A stretch of 41,279 nucleotides of DNA from positions 1-41,279 of the IMG/VR virus record IMGVR_UViG_3300045988_151297. One strand, 5' to 3'. This DNA comes from a virus. Shown here piece by piece: positions 31,899 to 38,755 of this stretch. The notes beneath the pieces were generated by a model. That model ran no database searches. It worked only from the letters and a program-made list of their open reading frames with translations, and had not been told where the DNA came from. Made by a program: the position numbers and the translations under genes. Numbering within the stretch: position 1 is the stretch's first letter; every line of letters begins with the position of its first letter.

Positions 31899-32513
31899 AT
31901 GGGGGACAAAAAAGGAATTGATATAAAGAAATGTAAGTATAAAATTGTAGTTGATAGTAGAGAGAAAGTTAATAAGCATATACTTAACAGTTTTGAAAAG
32001 GGCTTTGAATATAAAGTATCACATCACGATATGTATAGAGGAAAGAAATCAAAGATAGGAGATCCAATAGAGTATTATATTCAAGAAAAAGGTTTAAAAG
32101 TAGGAGATTATACTATAGCAGTACAGTTGCCAAACAAAGAAGTTATTAATTTTAAAGATAAAGTAGTCATAGAACGTAAAGCAGATTTAAATGAGTTGTG
32201 TTGTAATCTATTTGATAAGAAAGACGAAGAAGGGAAAACAAGATTAGAAAGAGAATTAGAACGAGCAAAAGAACAAGGAATAAAAGTTTATTTAGTAATT
32301 GAAACTACTGATATGCACAGTAAAATATTATCTAGTAAACATTTTAGATACGACAAAGCTTCTAAAGTATCTCCTGCTTCATTTAGTGCTATTCTAATGG
32401 CTTTGTGTAGCAGATACAATATAAATGTATGGTATACAGATAAAGCTAATTCAGGCAGATTGATACATGATTTATTATATTATGAAGCTAGAGAATATTT
32501 AAAAGGACTATAG
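31899..32513 (+). CDS. ERCC4-type (XPF/Mus81-like) nuclease, putative structure-specific resolvase
   Basis: VVDSREK ... GDYTIAV ... VIERKADLNEL matches the ERCC4 motif (VD.RE, GDY, ERK...D). Confidence 0.7.
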   Translation: MGDKKGIDIKKCKYKIVVDSREKVNKHILNSFEKGFEYKVSHHDMYRGKKSKIGDPIEYYIQEKGLKVGDYTIAVQLPNKEVINFKDKVVIERKADLNELCCNLFDKKDEEGKTRLERELERAKEQGIKVYLVIETTDMHSKILSSKHFRYDKASKVSPASFSAILMALCSRYNINVWYTDKANSGRLIHDLLYYEAREYLKGL

Positions 32514-32615
32514 AAATATAGTCTTTTTTGTCGTAATAAAGAGAACGATTACATATAACAAATATCACAAAAAGAGATATTATATATTATATAAAGTTTT
32601 TAAAGGGGGAGGAAT

Positions 32616-32795
32616 ATGAAGGTAAAAGAATATAGGCTTTTAAATGGATATACACAAACTGAAATTGCTAATATTTTAAACATAAAACAAAATAGTTATA
32701 GCAATAAAGAATTAGGGAAAAGGGCTTTTACAATTGAAGAGATAAAATTATTAAAGGAATTGTTTAAAGTTACTTATGAAGATTTGCTAAATTAA
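32616..32795 (+). CDS. XRE-type HTH protein (59 aa)
   Basis: MKVKEYRLLNGYTQTEIANILNIKQNSYSNKELGKRAFTIEEIKLL, after RBS GGGGGAGG. It is below the track cut-off. Confidence 0.65.
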   Translation: MKVKEYRLLNGYTQTEIANILNIKQNSYSNKELGKRAFTIEEIKLLKELFKVTYEDLLN

Positions 32796-32806
32796 GGGGG
32801 TATCAA

Positions 32807-33550
32807 GTGAAAAAATATTTTATAGCATTAGATGAAATGACACTTGAAGAAATAGATATTTGGAGATTATTATGCAGATACTCAAATTATGATACAGATG
32901 TAGCAGGATATACAATTAATCAGTTAGTTGTAAATTCTGACAAGAGATTAAATCTAACTACTCAAAAGGTTAGGACTATATTAAAGAAATTTGAGAAAGA
33001 AGGGTATATTAAGTTTCTTACAAGTGGGAGTAAAGGGAAAGAAAGTACATTGGAGCTAACAATTAAACAACAATTATTCAACAACAATGTAACAAATAAA
33101 AGTGAGCAATTGCAACGAGTTGAGGAGTCAGATAACAGTAATCTAACAACTAAACAACAACAATCTAACAATACTACAAAGAAAAAAGAAAAAGATAATA
33201 ATAATATATATAGTTTAGTTATAGATTATCTTAATAGAAAAGCTTCTACTAATTACAGATCAACTACTAAAAATACTCAAAGTTTTATAAATGCTAGAGT
33301 AAAAGAAGGATATACAGTGGAAGACTTTAAAAAGGTCATTGATAGTAAAAGCAAAGATTGGCTTAATACAGATTTTGAAAAGTATTTAAGGCCAGCAACT
33401 TTATTTGGGACTAAATTTGAAAATTATTTAAATGAAGCAAATAAAAAAGAACCTACTGCAATAGGTTCTGATAAAAATAAAAATATTAAAGTTAATCCTA
33501 GTATATGCAACAATAGAAGAAAATATACACAAGCTTGCGATATTGGGTAG
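32807..33550 (+). CDS. Replisome organiser / replication initiation protein (N-terminal wHTH plus conserved phage C-terminus, DnaD-like)
   Basis: The C-terminal IYSLVIDYLNRKASTNYRSTTKNTQSFINARVKEGYTVEDFKKVIDSK...WLNTDFEKYLRPATLFGTKFENYLNE is the conserved phage C-terminus (Phg_2220_C-type). The gene precedes the primase-helicase. Confidence 0.75.
   Translation: MKKYFIALDEMTLEEIDIWRLLCRYSNYDTDVAGYTINQLVVNSDKRLNLTTQKVRTILKKFEKEGYIKFLTSGSKGKESTLELTIKQQLFNNNVTNKSEQLQRVEESDNSNLTTKQQQSNNTTKKKEKDNNNIYSLVIDYLNRKASTNYRSTTKNTQSFINARVKEGYTVEDFKKVIDSKSKDWLNTDFEKYLRPATLFGTKFENYLNEANKKEPTAIGSDKNKNIKVNPSICNNRRKYTQACDIG
33080..33176. repeat. Iteron-like motifs inside the organiser gene (candidate origin)
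   Basis: 33080..33101 matches 5422..5443 at 21 of 22 positions. 33156..33171 AACAACAATCTAACAA is identical to the iteron junction at 5389..5404. 33164..33176 TCTAACAATACTA is identical to 5528..5540. CTAACAA copies lie at 33143 and 33165, 22 bp apart. Confidence 0.6.
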
Positions 33551-33559
33551 GGGGATATT

Positions 33560-35356
33560 ATGAAAAATATAATTGAAGATATAAAAAGATATATAGATGC
33601 AGAACAAGTTAAAAATAAAATAGCTTTAGATTTAGGTCTTAAATTTAAAAATAATAAATGTTTATGTTTTTTACATTCTGAAAGTAATCCTAGTATGAGT
33701 TTTGACACTAAAAAGAAAAAATTTAAATGTTTTTCGTGTGGCCAAAACTATGACATATTCAATCATTATCAACAATATTATAATTTATCATTCTTGGAAG
33801 CTTTAAAATCAATTGTAAAAGATTTTAATTTAAATATAGATGTAATTATCAATGAAACAGATAGAAAGCCCAAAAAGCCTCCTACGAAGCATGAGAATTA
33901 TAATGATGCAATATTAAATTATTGCAATAAAAGAAGCATATCAAAAGCTACACTAGATTATGTTGGAGTTAAGAGAAATTTTAACAATAAAGATGGAAAT
34001 AGTGTATGTTTTGAATATAGAAATGAATTAGGAGAGCATTTATGTAATAAGTATAGATTTACTTCCAAAAATGCTAATCCTAAAATGAAATTTGAAGAAG
34101 GTACTAATGTAAATACTTTATTTAATATGGATAAGGTAAATATATCAGAGCCTTTGTTGATAACAGAAGGTGAATTTGATTGTTTAAGTGCTATAGAGGC
34201 AGGTTTTAAGAATGCAGTATCAATACCAAGTGGAGTAAATTCAACCAATCAATGGATAACAAACAACTGGACTTTTATAGAACAGTTTGAAGAAATAATT
34301 ATATGGTTTGATAATGATGAAGCAGGAATAAAAGGTGCTAGAGAGGTATTTAATAGGTTGCCTAACAGTAGTGTAAAAATAGTTAGATGTGAGGTAGCTA
34401 ATGATATAAATGAGTTATTGCACAAGTATGGAAAGTTAGCAGTATTAAAACAAATAGAAAAAGCTTCTACACCTACACTAGAAGGTGTTGCAACACTTGA
34501 CATGATAGAAGATTTTGATGTTCACGAAGCAGAAACATTAAAAACTGGTATAGAATATATTGATGATAAGCTTATAGGAATGGTATTTGGTAGTCTTAAT
34601 GTATTAAGTGGTAGAAATGGTAGTGGTAAATCAACTATATTAAATCAAATATATATTGCAGAAGCTATTCATCAAGGGTATAAAACATTCTTATTTAGTG
34701 GGGAGTTAATAGGTGGGAATGTTAAGTATTGGTTGCTTCAAACTTTAGCAAATGAAGAACAATTCGCAGAATATACTGCTAAAGACGGTCATAAATATAA
34801 AAAAGTTACTATTCAAGCAAAAGAAAAAATAATTAACGATATGAAAGATAGATTTTTCTTATATGATAGTGATGATTATAGAATTGAAGCTATAATTGAG
34901 AAAATGACTATACTAGCTAAAAGATATGGAGTAAGAGTATTTGTTATAGATAATCTTATGACTATTGAAAGTAGTGTTAAAGATAAGTATGAAGCTGAAA
35001 CTGATATAGTTAAAAAACTAAAAAACTTTGCTAAAAAATATAATTCAATAGTTCATTTAGTTGCACATCCTCGAAAGTCTATGAATGATGAAATTGAAAA
35101 AGATGATGTTGCAGGAAGTGCTAATATAACTAACTTAGCAGATTATGTAACTACAATATCAAGGGCAAAAGATGAAGAAGTAGAATATGATGCAATACTT
35201 AAAATTTTAAAAAACCGACATACTGGGGTAAACGTAGGTAAAAAGTTAATGTTTAATATAGAGCGTAAAAGGTTTTATAGTGCTGAAACAGAAAAAGAAT
35301 TAAATAAAAGATATTTAGATTTATGGGAGGAAATACAGGGAACATGGGAAGATTAG
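33560..35356 (+). CDS. Bifunctional primase-helicase (CHC2 zinc finger, Toprim, DnaB-like/T7 gp4-like helicase)
   Basis: CLCFLHSESNPSMSF..FKCFSCG zinc finger. Toprim EGEFDCLS ... WFDNDEAG. Walker A GRNGSGKST, Walker B FVIDNL. Confidence 0.9.
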   Translation: MKNIIEDIKRYIDAEQVKNKIALDLGLKFKNNKCLCFLHSESNPSMSFDTKKKKFKCFSCGQNYDIFNHYQQYYNLSFLEALKSIVKDFNLNIDVIINETDRKPKKPPTKHENYNDAILNYCNKRSISKATLDYVGVKRNFNNKDGNSVCFEYRNELGEHLCNKYRFTSKNANPKMKFEEGTNVNTLFNMDKVNISEPLLITEGEFDCLSAIEAGFKNAVSIPSGVNSTNQWITNNWTFIEQFEEIIIWFDNDEAGIKGAREVFNRLPNSSVKIVRCEVANDINELLHKYGKLAVLKQIEKASTPTLEGVATLDMIEDFDVHEAETLKTGIEYIDDKLIGMVFGSLNVLSGRNGSGKSTILNQIYIAEAIHQGYKTFLFSGELIGGNVKYWLLQTLANEEQFAEYTAKDGHKYKKVTIQAKEKIINDMKDRFFLYDSDDYRIEAIIEKMTILAKRYGVRVFVIDNLMTIESSVKDKYEAETDIVKKLKNFAKKYNSIVHLVAHPRKSMNDEIEKDDVAGSANITNLADYVTTISRAKDEEVEYDAILKILKNRHTGVNVGKKLMFNIERKRFYSAETEKELNKRYLDLWEEIQGTWED

Positions 35357-35523
35357 AAAAAAGTCAATGGGGACACGATATAAATAACGAACTTAAATAT
35401 ACATATGAAAAAGCATATAAAGAAGCTGAAGTAAAAAATATAAGTATGAGCAAAGAAGAATTTGACAAATATATAAAAGAATTAGAAATGAAAAATAGAT
35501 GGAAAAATAGGGGGATAAGATGA
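35344..35523 (+). CDS. Hypothetical protein (59 aa)
   Basis: ATG 35344 follows GGGAGGAAA. Overlaps the primase-helicase 3' end. Confidence 0.45.
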   Translation: MGRLEKSQWGHDINNELKYTYEKAYKEAEVKNISMSKEEFDKYIKELEMKNRWKNRGIR

Positions 35524-35720
35524 AAACTTATACAACTGATGAAATGATTATAGTATTAAGTAAAATAGATTTTGATATAACTTTTTTATTAGAAGAAAAT
35601 AGAAATATATATGTATTTAATGATATTTACAGAAATATATGCAAAGGTGAATATAGAAGTGGAGATATAGTTAAATTTAATAAGAATGACTATATAAATA
35701 AAAAATGGGTGATTAAATAA
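35520..35720 (+). CDS. Hypothetical protein (66 aa)
   Basis: Track ORF with ATGA coupling. Confidence 0.5.
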   Translation: MKTYTTDEMIIVLSKIDFDITFLLEENRNIYVFNDIYRNICKGEYRSGDIVKFNKNDYINKKWVIK

Positions 35721-35880
35721 TGAATAAAAAATGTGATAATACAAATTGCATGTATCATAAAACTTGTTTGATAGATAATTATAAGCGTGAGAAAAAATGT
35801 ACAGGGAAATTGAGCGTTAAAAACCCACAACATCCAAATTATCAAGCTATTACGAGGGGTAACGATGAAAAAAAGGAGTA
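35719..35880 (+). CDS. Small Cys-containing protein (53 aa)
   Basis: MNKKCDNTNCMYHKTCLIDNYKREKKCTGK... Overlaps the upstream stop. Below the track cut-off. Confidence 0.4.
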
Positions 35881-35889
35881 GATACACAA

Positions 35890-36099
35890 ATGACAAGTAG
35901 TGTTATTGAAGATAGAGATAAATTAATTAGTGAATATGAAAAACTGATAGATAGGCTTTATAAGGCTGAAAAATGGGCTAATGATAATAATTATTGTTGG
36001 GAGTTTGTAAAGGCTCACAAATACAAAATATGGCACGAGAGAGATAATATAATAAAAGAAATTGAATTTGTGAGGGAGTTACTTGAGTTACCAAATTAG
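35890..36099 (+). CDS. Hypothetical protein (69 aa)
   Basis: Track ORF after RBS AAGGAG. Confidence 0.55.
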   Translation: MTSSVIEDRDKLISEYEKLIDRLYKAEKWANDNNYCWEFVKAHKYKIWHERDNIIKEIEFVRELLELPN

Positions 36100-36120
36100 G
36101 TAACTCTTTTTTATTTTTTT
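36085..36120 (+). terminator. Intrinsic terminator
   Basis: Perfect 8-bp stem GAGTTACC/GGTAACTC followed by TTTTTTATTTTTTTT. Confidence 0.75.
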
Positions 36121-36141
36121 TAAAAAAATATATAAAAATAG

Positions 36142-36171
36142 TTGCATAACGTACGTTAAAATGATTATAAT
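36142..36171 (+). promoter_or_regulatory. Promoter (TTGCAT, 18 nt, TATAAT) with palindrome AACGTACGTT in the spacer
   Basis: -35 at 36142..36147 and -10 at 36166..36171. It shares GTTGCATAAC(A/G)TAC with the promoter at 30033. Confidence 0.6.
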
Positions 36172-36205
36172 ATAAGTATAAATAAAAGAAAAGGAGAAAG
36201 CAAAG

Positions 36206-36697
36206 ATGAAAAATATAATGAAAGAAGCTCACAACTTAACTAAAAAAATAATAAGAAAAGGTGATAGCTATAAAGCTACTTTCAGAATATGTTTATCTTT
36301 TGTTCACTCTGAAATAAGAAAAGGAGAAAATAAAATGGTAGAATTAAAAGGTAGTGAAAAACAAGTAAAATGGGCAAATGATATAAGAGAAAATTTTATT
36401 GTATGTGTTAATTTTGCAAAAGAATTAGTTGATGAGATAGGTGTTACTGAATTCATCCAAGAAGAATTAGAAGATAATGGGTTTAACTCTATTACAGAGG
36501 CTTTTGAAGCAATAGAAAAGCAAGAAAATGCAAGTATAATAATAAAAAAATTAAAAGGGTATGATTTTTTAGGTTTTGTAAAAAGAGAAAAGGCAAAACT
36601 TGAAGCAAACAGAAGAATATTAACCGTTGAAGCAATTCTTGAAGAAAAAGAATGTATAGTTGCAAATATAATAATGAATTTAGCAGATATAAAGTAG
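36206..36697 (+). CDS. Hypothetical protein (163 aa) sharing a 43-aa N-terminal module with 23304..23783
   Basis: MKEAHNLTKKIIRKGDSYKATFRICLSFVHSEIRKGENKM, then an unrelated C-terminal part (GSEKQVKWANDIRENF...). RBS AAGGAGAAAG. Confidence 0.65.
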   Translation: MKNIMKEAHNLTKKIIRKGDSYKATFRICLSFVHSEIRKGENKMVELKGSEKQVKWANDIRENFIVCVNFAKELVDEIGVTEFIQEELEDNGFNSITEAFEAIEKQENASIIIKKLKGYDFLGFVKREKAKLEANRRILTVEAILEEKECIVANIIMNLADIK

Positions 36698-36708
36698 GGG
36701 AGGTTAAA

Positions 36709-36870
36709 ATGAAAAAAACATTAAAAATAAACAAAAATAAAAGTGGGAGTGGAAGTATTAGCAACAGAATAATTCTTCCAACTTTTTGGGTAAAGGAATT
36801 AGGTGTAGAAGATACAATTAAAGCCTATTATGATGAAGAAAATAAAAGAATAATTTTAACTAAGGATTAG
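36709..36870 (+). CDS. AbrB/MazE/SpoVT-like DNA-binding protein (53 aa)
   Basis: ATG 36709 follows GGGGAGG. ISNRIILPTFWVKELGVEDTIKAYYDEENKRIILTK. It is a paralogue of 22815..22991. Confidence 0.55.
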   Translation: MKKTLKINKNKSGSGSISNRIILPTFWVKELGVEDTIKAYYDEENKRIILTKD

Positions 36871-36892
36871 GTTTAAACCTAGTCTTTTTTAT
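36868..36892 (+). terminator. Intrinsic terminator
   Basis: TAGGT/ACCTA stem within the palindrome TAGGTTTAAACCTA, followed by GTCTTTTTT. Confidence 0.5.
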
Positions 36893-36957
36893 TGTCAAAA
36901 TAAGGCGAACGAAAGTTGGAATAAATTTGATATAAACAACATATAATTATAAATTTG

Positions 36958-36966
36958 TGTTATAAT
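36958..36966 (+). promoter_or_regulatory. Extended -10 promoter element (TGtTATAAT)
   Basis: Read directly from the sequence. It lies about 48 nt upstream of the RHH gene start. The -35 is weak. Confidence 0.35.
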
Positions 36967-37013
36967 ATTAATATAATATCAATATGATATTAAGACATCT
37001 AGGAGGTGTTTTA

Positions 37014-37256
37014 TTGAAGAAAAATTTTTTATTAAGAGTAGATGAAGAAATATTTGATAAAGTTAAAGATATTTCAGAAGTTGAAGATAGAAGTATTAAT
37101 TATATGATGTGTAAATTAATTAATAGAGGTTTAAATTGCATTAATTTAAGTGAGGATATTGAAAAAGAAATAGAAGAATATGCAAATAAATCTAGAATGA
37201 ATAAATCAGAATTAATTGAAGTAATTTGGAAAGTATACAAAAAGACTTATAGATAA
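37014..37256 (+). CDS. Ribbon-helix-helix (Arc/CopG-type) protein, apparently a tandem RHH
   Basis: TTG 37014 follows AGGAGGTG. KKNFLLRVDEEIFDKVKDISEVEDRSINYMMCKLINRGL, and a second RHH-like unit INLSEDIEKEIEEYANKSRMNKSELIEVIWKVY. Confidence 0.55.
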   Translation: MKKNFLLRVDEEIFDKVKDISEVEDRSINYMMCKLINRGLNCINLSEDIEKEIEEYANKSRMNKSELIEVIWKVYKKTYR

Positions 37257-37271
37257 AATAGGGGGATTAAT

Positions 37272-37397
37272 ATGCTTGAAGAAGCTAGAGAACTAATGAT
37301 TAAATTTATTGAAGCATATGGCTTTAATGATGAAGTAACGATAGCATCTAGTGTATTAGTAGACAAAATACTGAATAAAGAGGGGGAAATAAAATGA
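37272..37397 (+). CDS. Spo0E-like aspartyl-phosphate phosphatase family micro-protein (41 aa)
   Basis: MLEEARELMIKFIEAYGFNDEVTIASSVLVDKILNKEGEIK fits the Spo0E-family pattern (helix, G-hydrophobic-x-D/H, S-x-x-L-D-x-hydrophobic-I). RBS GGGGGA and ATGA coupling to the next gene. Below the track cut-off. Confidence 0.4.
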   Translation: MLEEARELMIKFIEAYGFNDEVTIASSVLVDKILNKEGEIK

Positions 37398-37588
37398 TTA
37401 ATTTATTAGAAGTAAATTTTAAAGAAAATGGTGAATTAGATGTGTCATTAAATGCACAATTATTATATTTGTTTGAAGATGAAGAGGAATTAATAAGTTT
37501 GGTTGATGTAGATGCTTTACAAAAAGCTTTAATACCATTGGCAAATAAAATATTGGCTAAAGCTAGAGAGGTTAAAATTAATGAATAA
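37394..37588 (+). CDS. Acidic hypothetical protein (64 aa)
   Basis: Track ORF after RBS GAGGGGGA. Confidence 0.55.
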   Translation: MINLLEVNFKENGELDVSLNAQLLYLFEDEEELISLVDVDALQKALIPLANKILAKAREVKINE

Positions 37589-37919
37589 TTGTAGCGTAGC
37601 AGATGTTGTTTACAATCATATAGTTTGCAGTAAAGGTAATGAAGTTGTATCTGTAGAAGTAGATTATGAAGCTAATTTAATTCATATACTTACACAATAT
37701 TTATGTAAAAGTGCAGATAAGACTTTTAAAAGTTTAATAGAGAAAGAAGAAGCAGAAAAGAAAGCTAAATTTAATAGTGTTGTGCTTATGCCATATTTCT
37801 TAAAGGAAAGCAAAAAAAGAGAAAAAGAATTAGGAATACCGATAAAATATTGGTCTGATACTGAACATATGAAGTTTAGAGCATATTTTATGAAAAAGTA
37901 TGAAGGGTTAGTAAAATGA
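37581..37919 (+). CDS. Hypothetical protein (112 aa)
   Basis: Track ORF overlapping the upstream gene. Confidence 0.55.
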   Translation: MNNCSVADVVYNHIVCSKGNEVVSVEVDYEANLIHILTQYLCKSADKTFKSLIEKEEAEKKAKFNSVVLMPYFLKESKKREKELGIPIKYWSDTEHMKFRAYFMKKYEGLVK

Positions 37920-37999
37920 TGAGGTTATTAGTTTTAGGAATAACTTGTTATTTAATGCTTGAACTAGCAATAATATTAGCAGAAAAGGAAGGTAAATAA
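37916..37999 (+). CDS. Hydrophobic micro-protein (27 aa)
   Basis: ATGA coupling. Protein MMRLLVLGITCYLMLELAIILAEKEGK. Confidence 0.3.
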   Translation: MMRLLVLGITCYLMLELAIILAEKEGK

Positions 38000-38001
38000 A
38001 T

Positions 38002-38397
38002 ATGAATAAAATAATAATTAGTGGTCGTTTAGTTAGAGATAGTGAGCTTAGCTATATAGCTTCTACTGCTACACCTAAAATGAGTTTTTCAATAGCAGTA
38101 GAAAGAAATTATCAAAAGGATAAAAATAATAAAAAAGTTGATTTTATAAACTGCGAACAACTTGGGAAGCACGTTGAAAATTTATGTCAGTATGTAACTA
38201 AAGGAAAGCAAATATTAGTTGAAGGTGAGTTAAATATTGATAATTATGAAAAAGACGGTGAGAAAAGAAGCTTCACTAAGGTAAAAGTTGATAGATTAGA
38301 GTTTTTAGGTAGTGCAACTACTGAAAAGAAAAGTAATGCAGACGCTTTAGAATTTGCAGATTTTCAAGAAGTAGATAATGATGAAATACCATTTTAA
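38002..38397 (+). CDS. ssb: Single-stranded DNA-binding protein
   Basis: An OB-fold N-terminus MNKIIISGRLVRDSEL and the acidic tail DNDEIPF. Confidence 0.9.
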   Translation: MNKIIISGRLVRDSELSYIASTATPKMSFSIAVERNYQKDKNNKKVDFINCEQLGKHVENLCQYVTKGKQILVEGELNIDNYEKDGEKRSFTKVKVDRLEFLGSATTEKKSNADALEFADFQEVDNDEIPF

Positions 38398-38414
38398 AAT
38401 ATAGGGGGGATATT

Positions 38415-38753
38415 ATGAAAAAAAGATTATGCGATAGTTGCATACATAGCGAATGTTCAAAAAGTGATAGTCCTATATCAACAATTGTTTTAGGTGGGGT
38501 AACAGTAGATTGCATTGATTACGAGAGTGTAGATAGTGCGAAAGAAGTAAATGTAATAAAACCAAGTCATTACAAAGCAGGAGAATTTGATGTTATAGCG
38601 TTTTGTCAGTTGCACAACATAAATTTTGACTTAGGAAATGTTATAAAATATGTAACTAGAGCAGGTAAAAAAGAGAATAATAGCGAGTTACAAGATTTAA
38701 ATAAAGCTATGGAATATTTAAAAAGAAGAATTGAGTTTATAAAGGGGGAATAA
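38415..38753 (+). CDS. DUF3310-family phage protein
   Basis: KPSHYKAGEFDVIAFCQLHNINFDLGNVIKYVTRAGKK...ELQDLNKAMEYLKRRIE is the DUF3310 core. Confidence 0.75.
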   Translation: MKKRLCDSCIHSECSKSDSPISTIVLGGVTVDCIDYESVDSAKEVNVIKPSHYKAGEFDVIAFCQLHNINFDLGNVIKYVTRAGKKENNSELQDLNKAMEYLKRRIEFIKGE

Positions 38754-38755
38754 TT

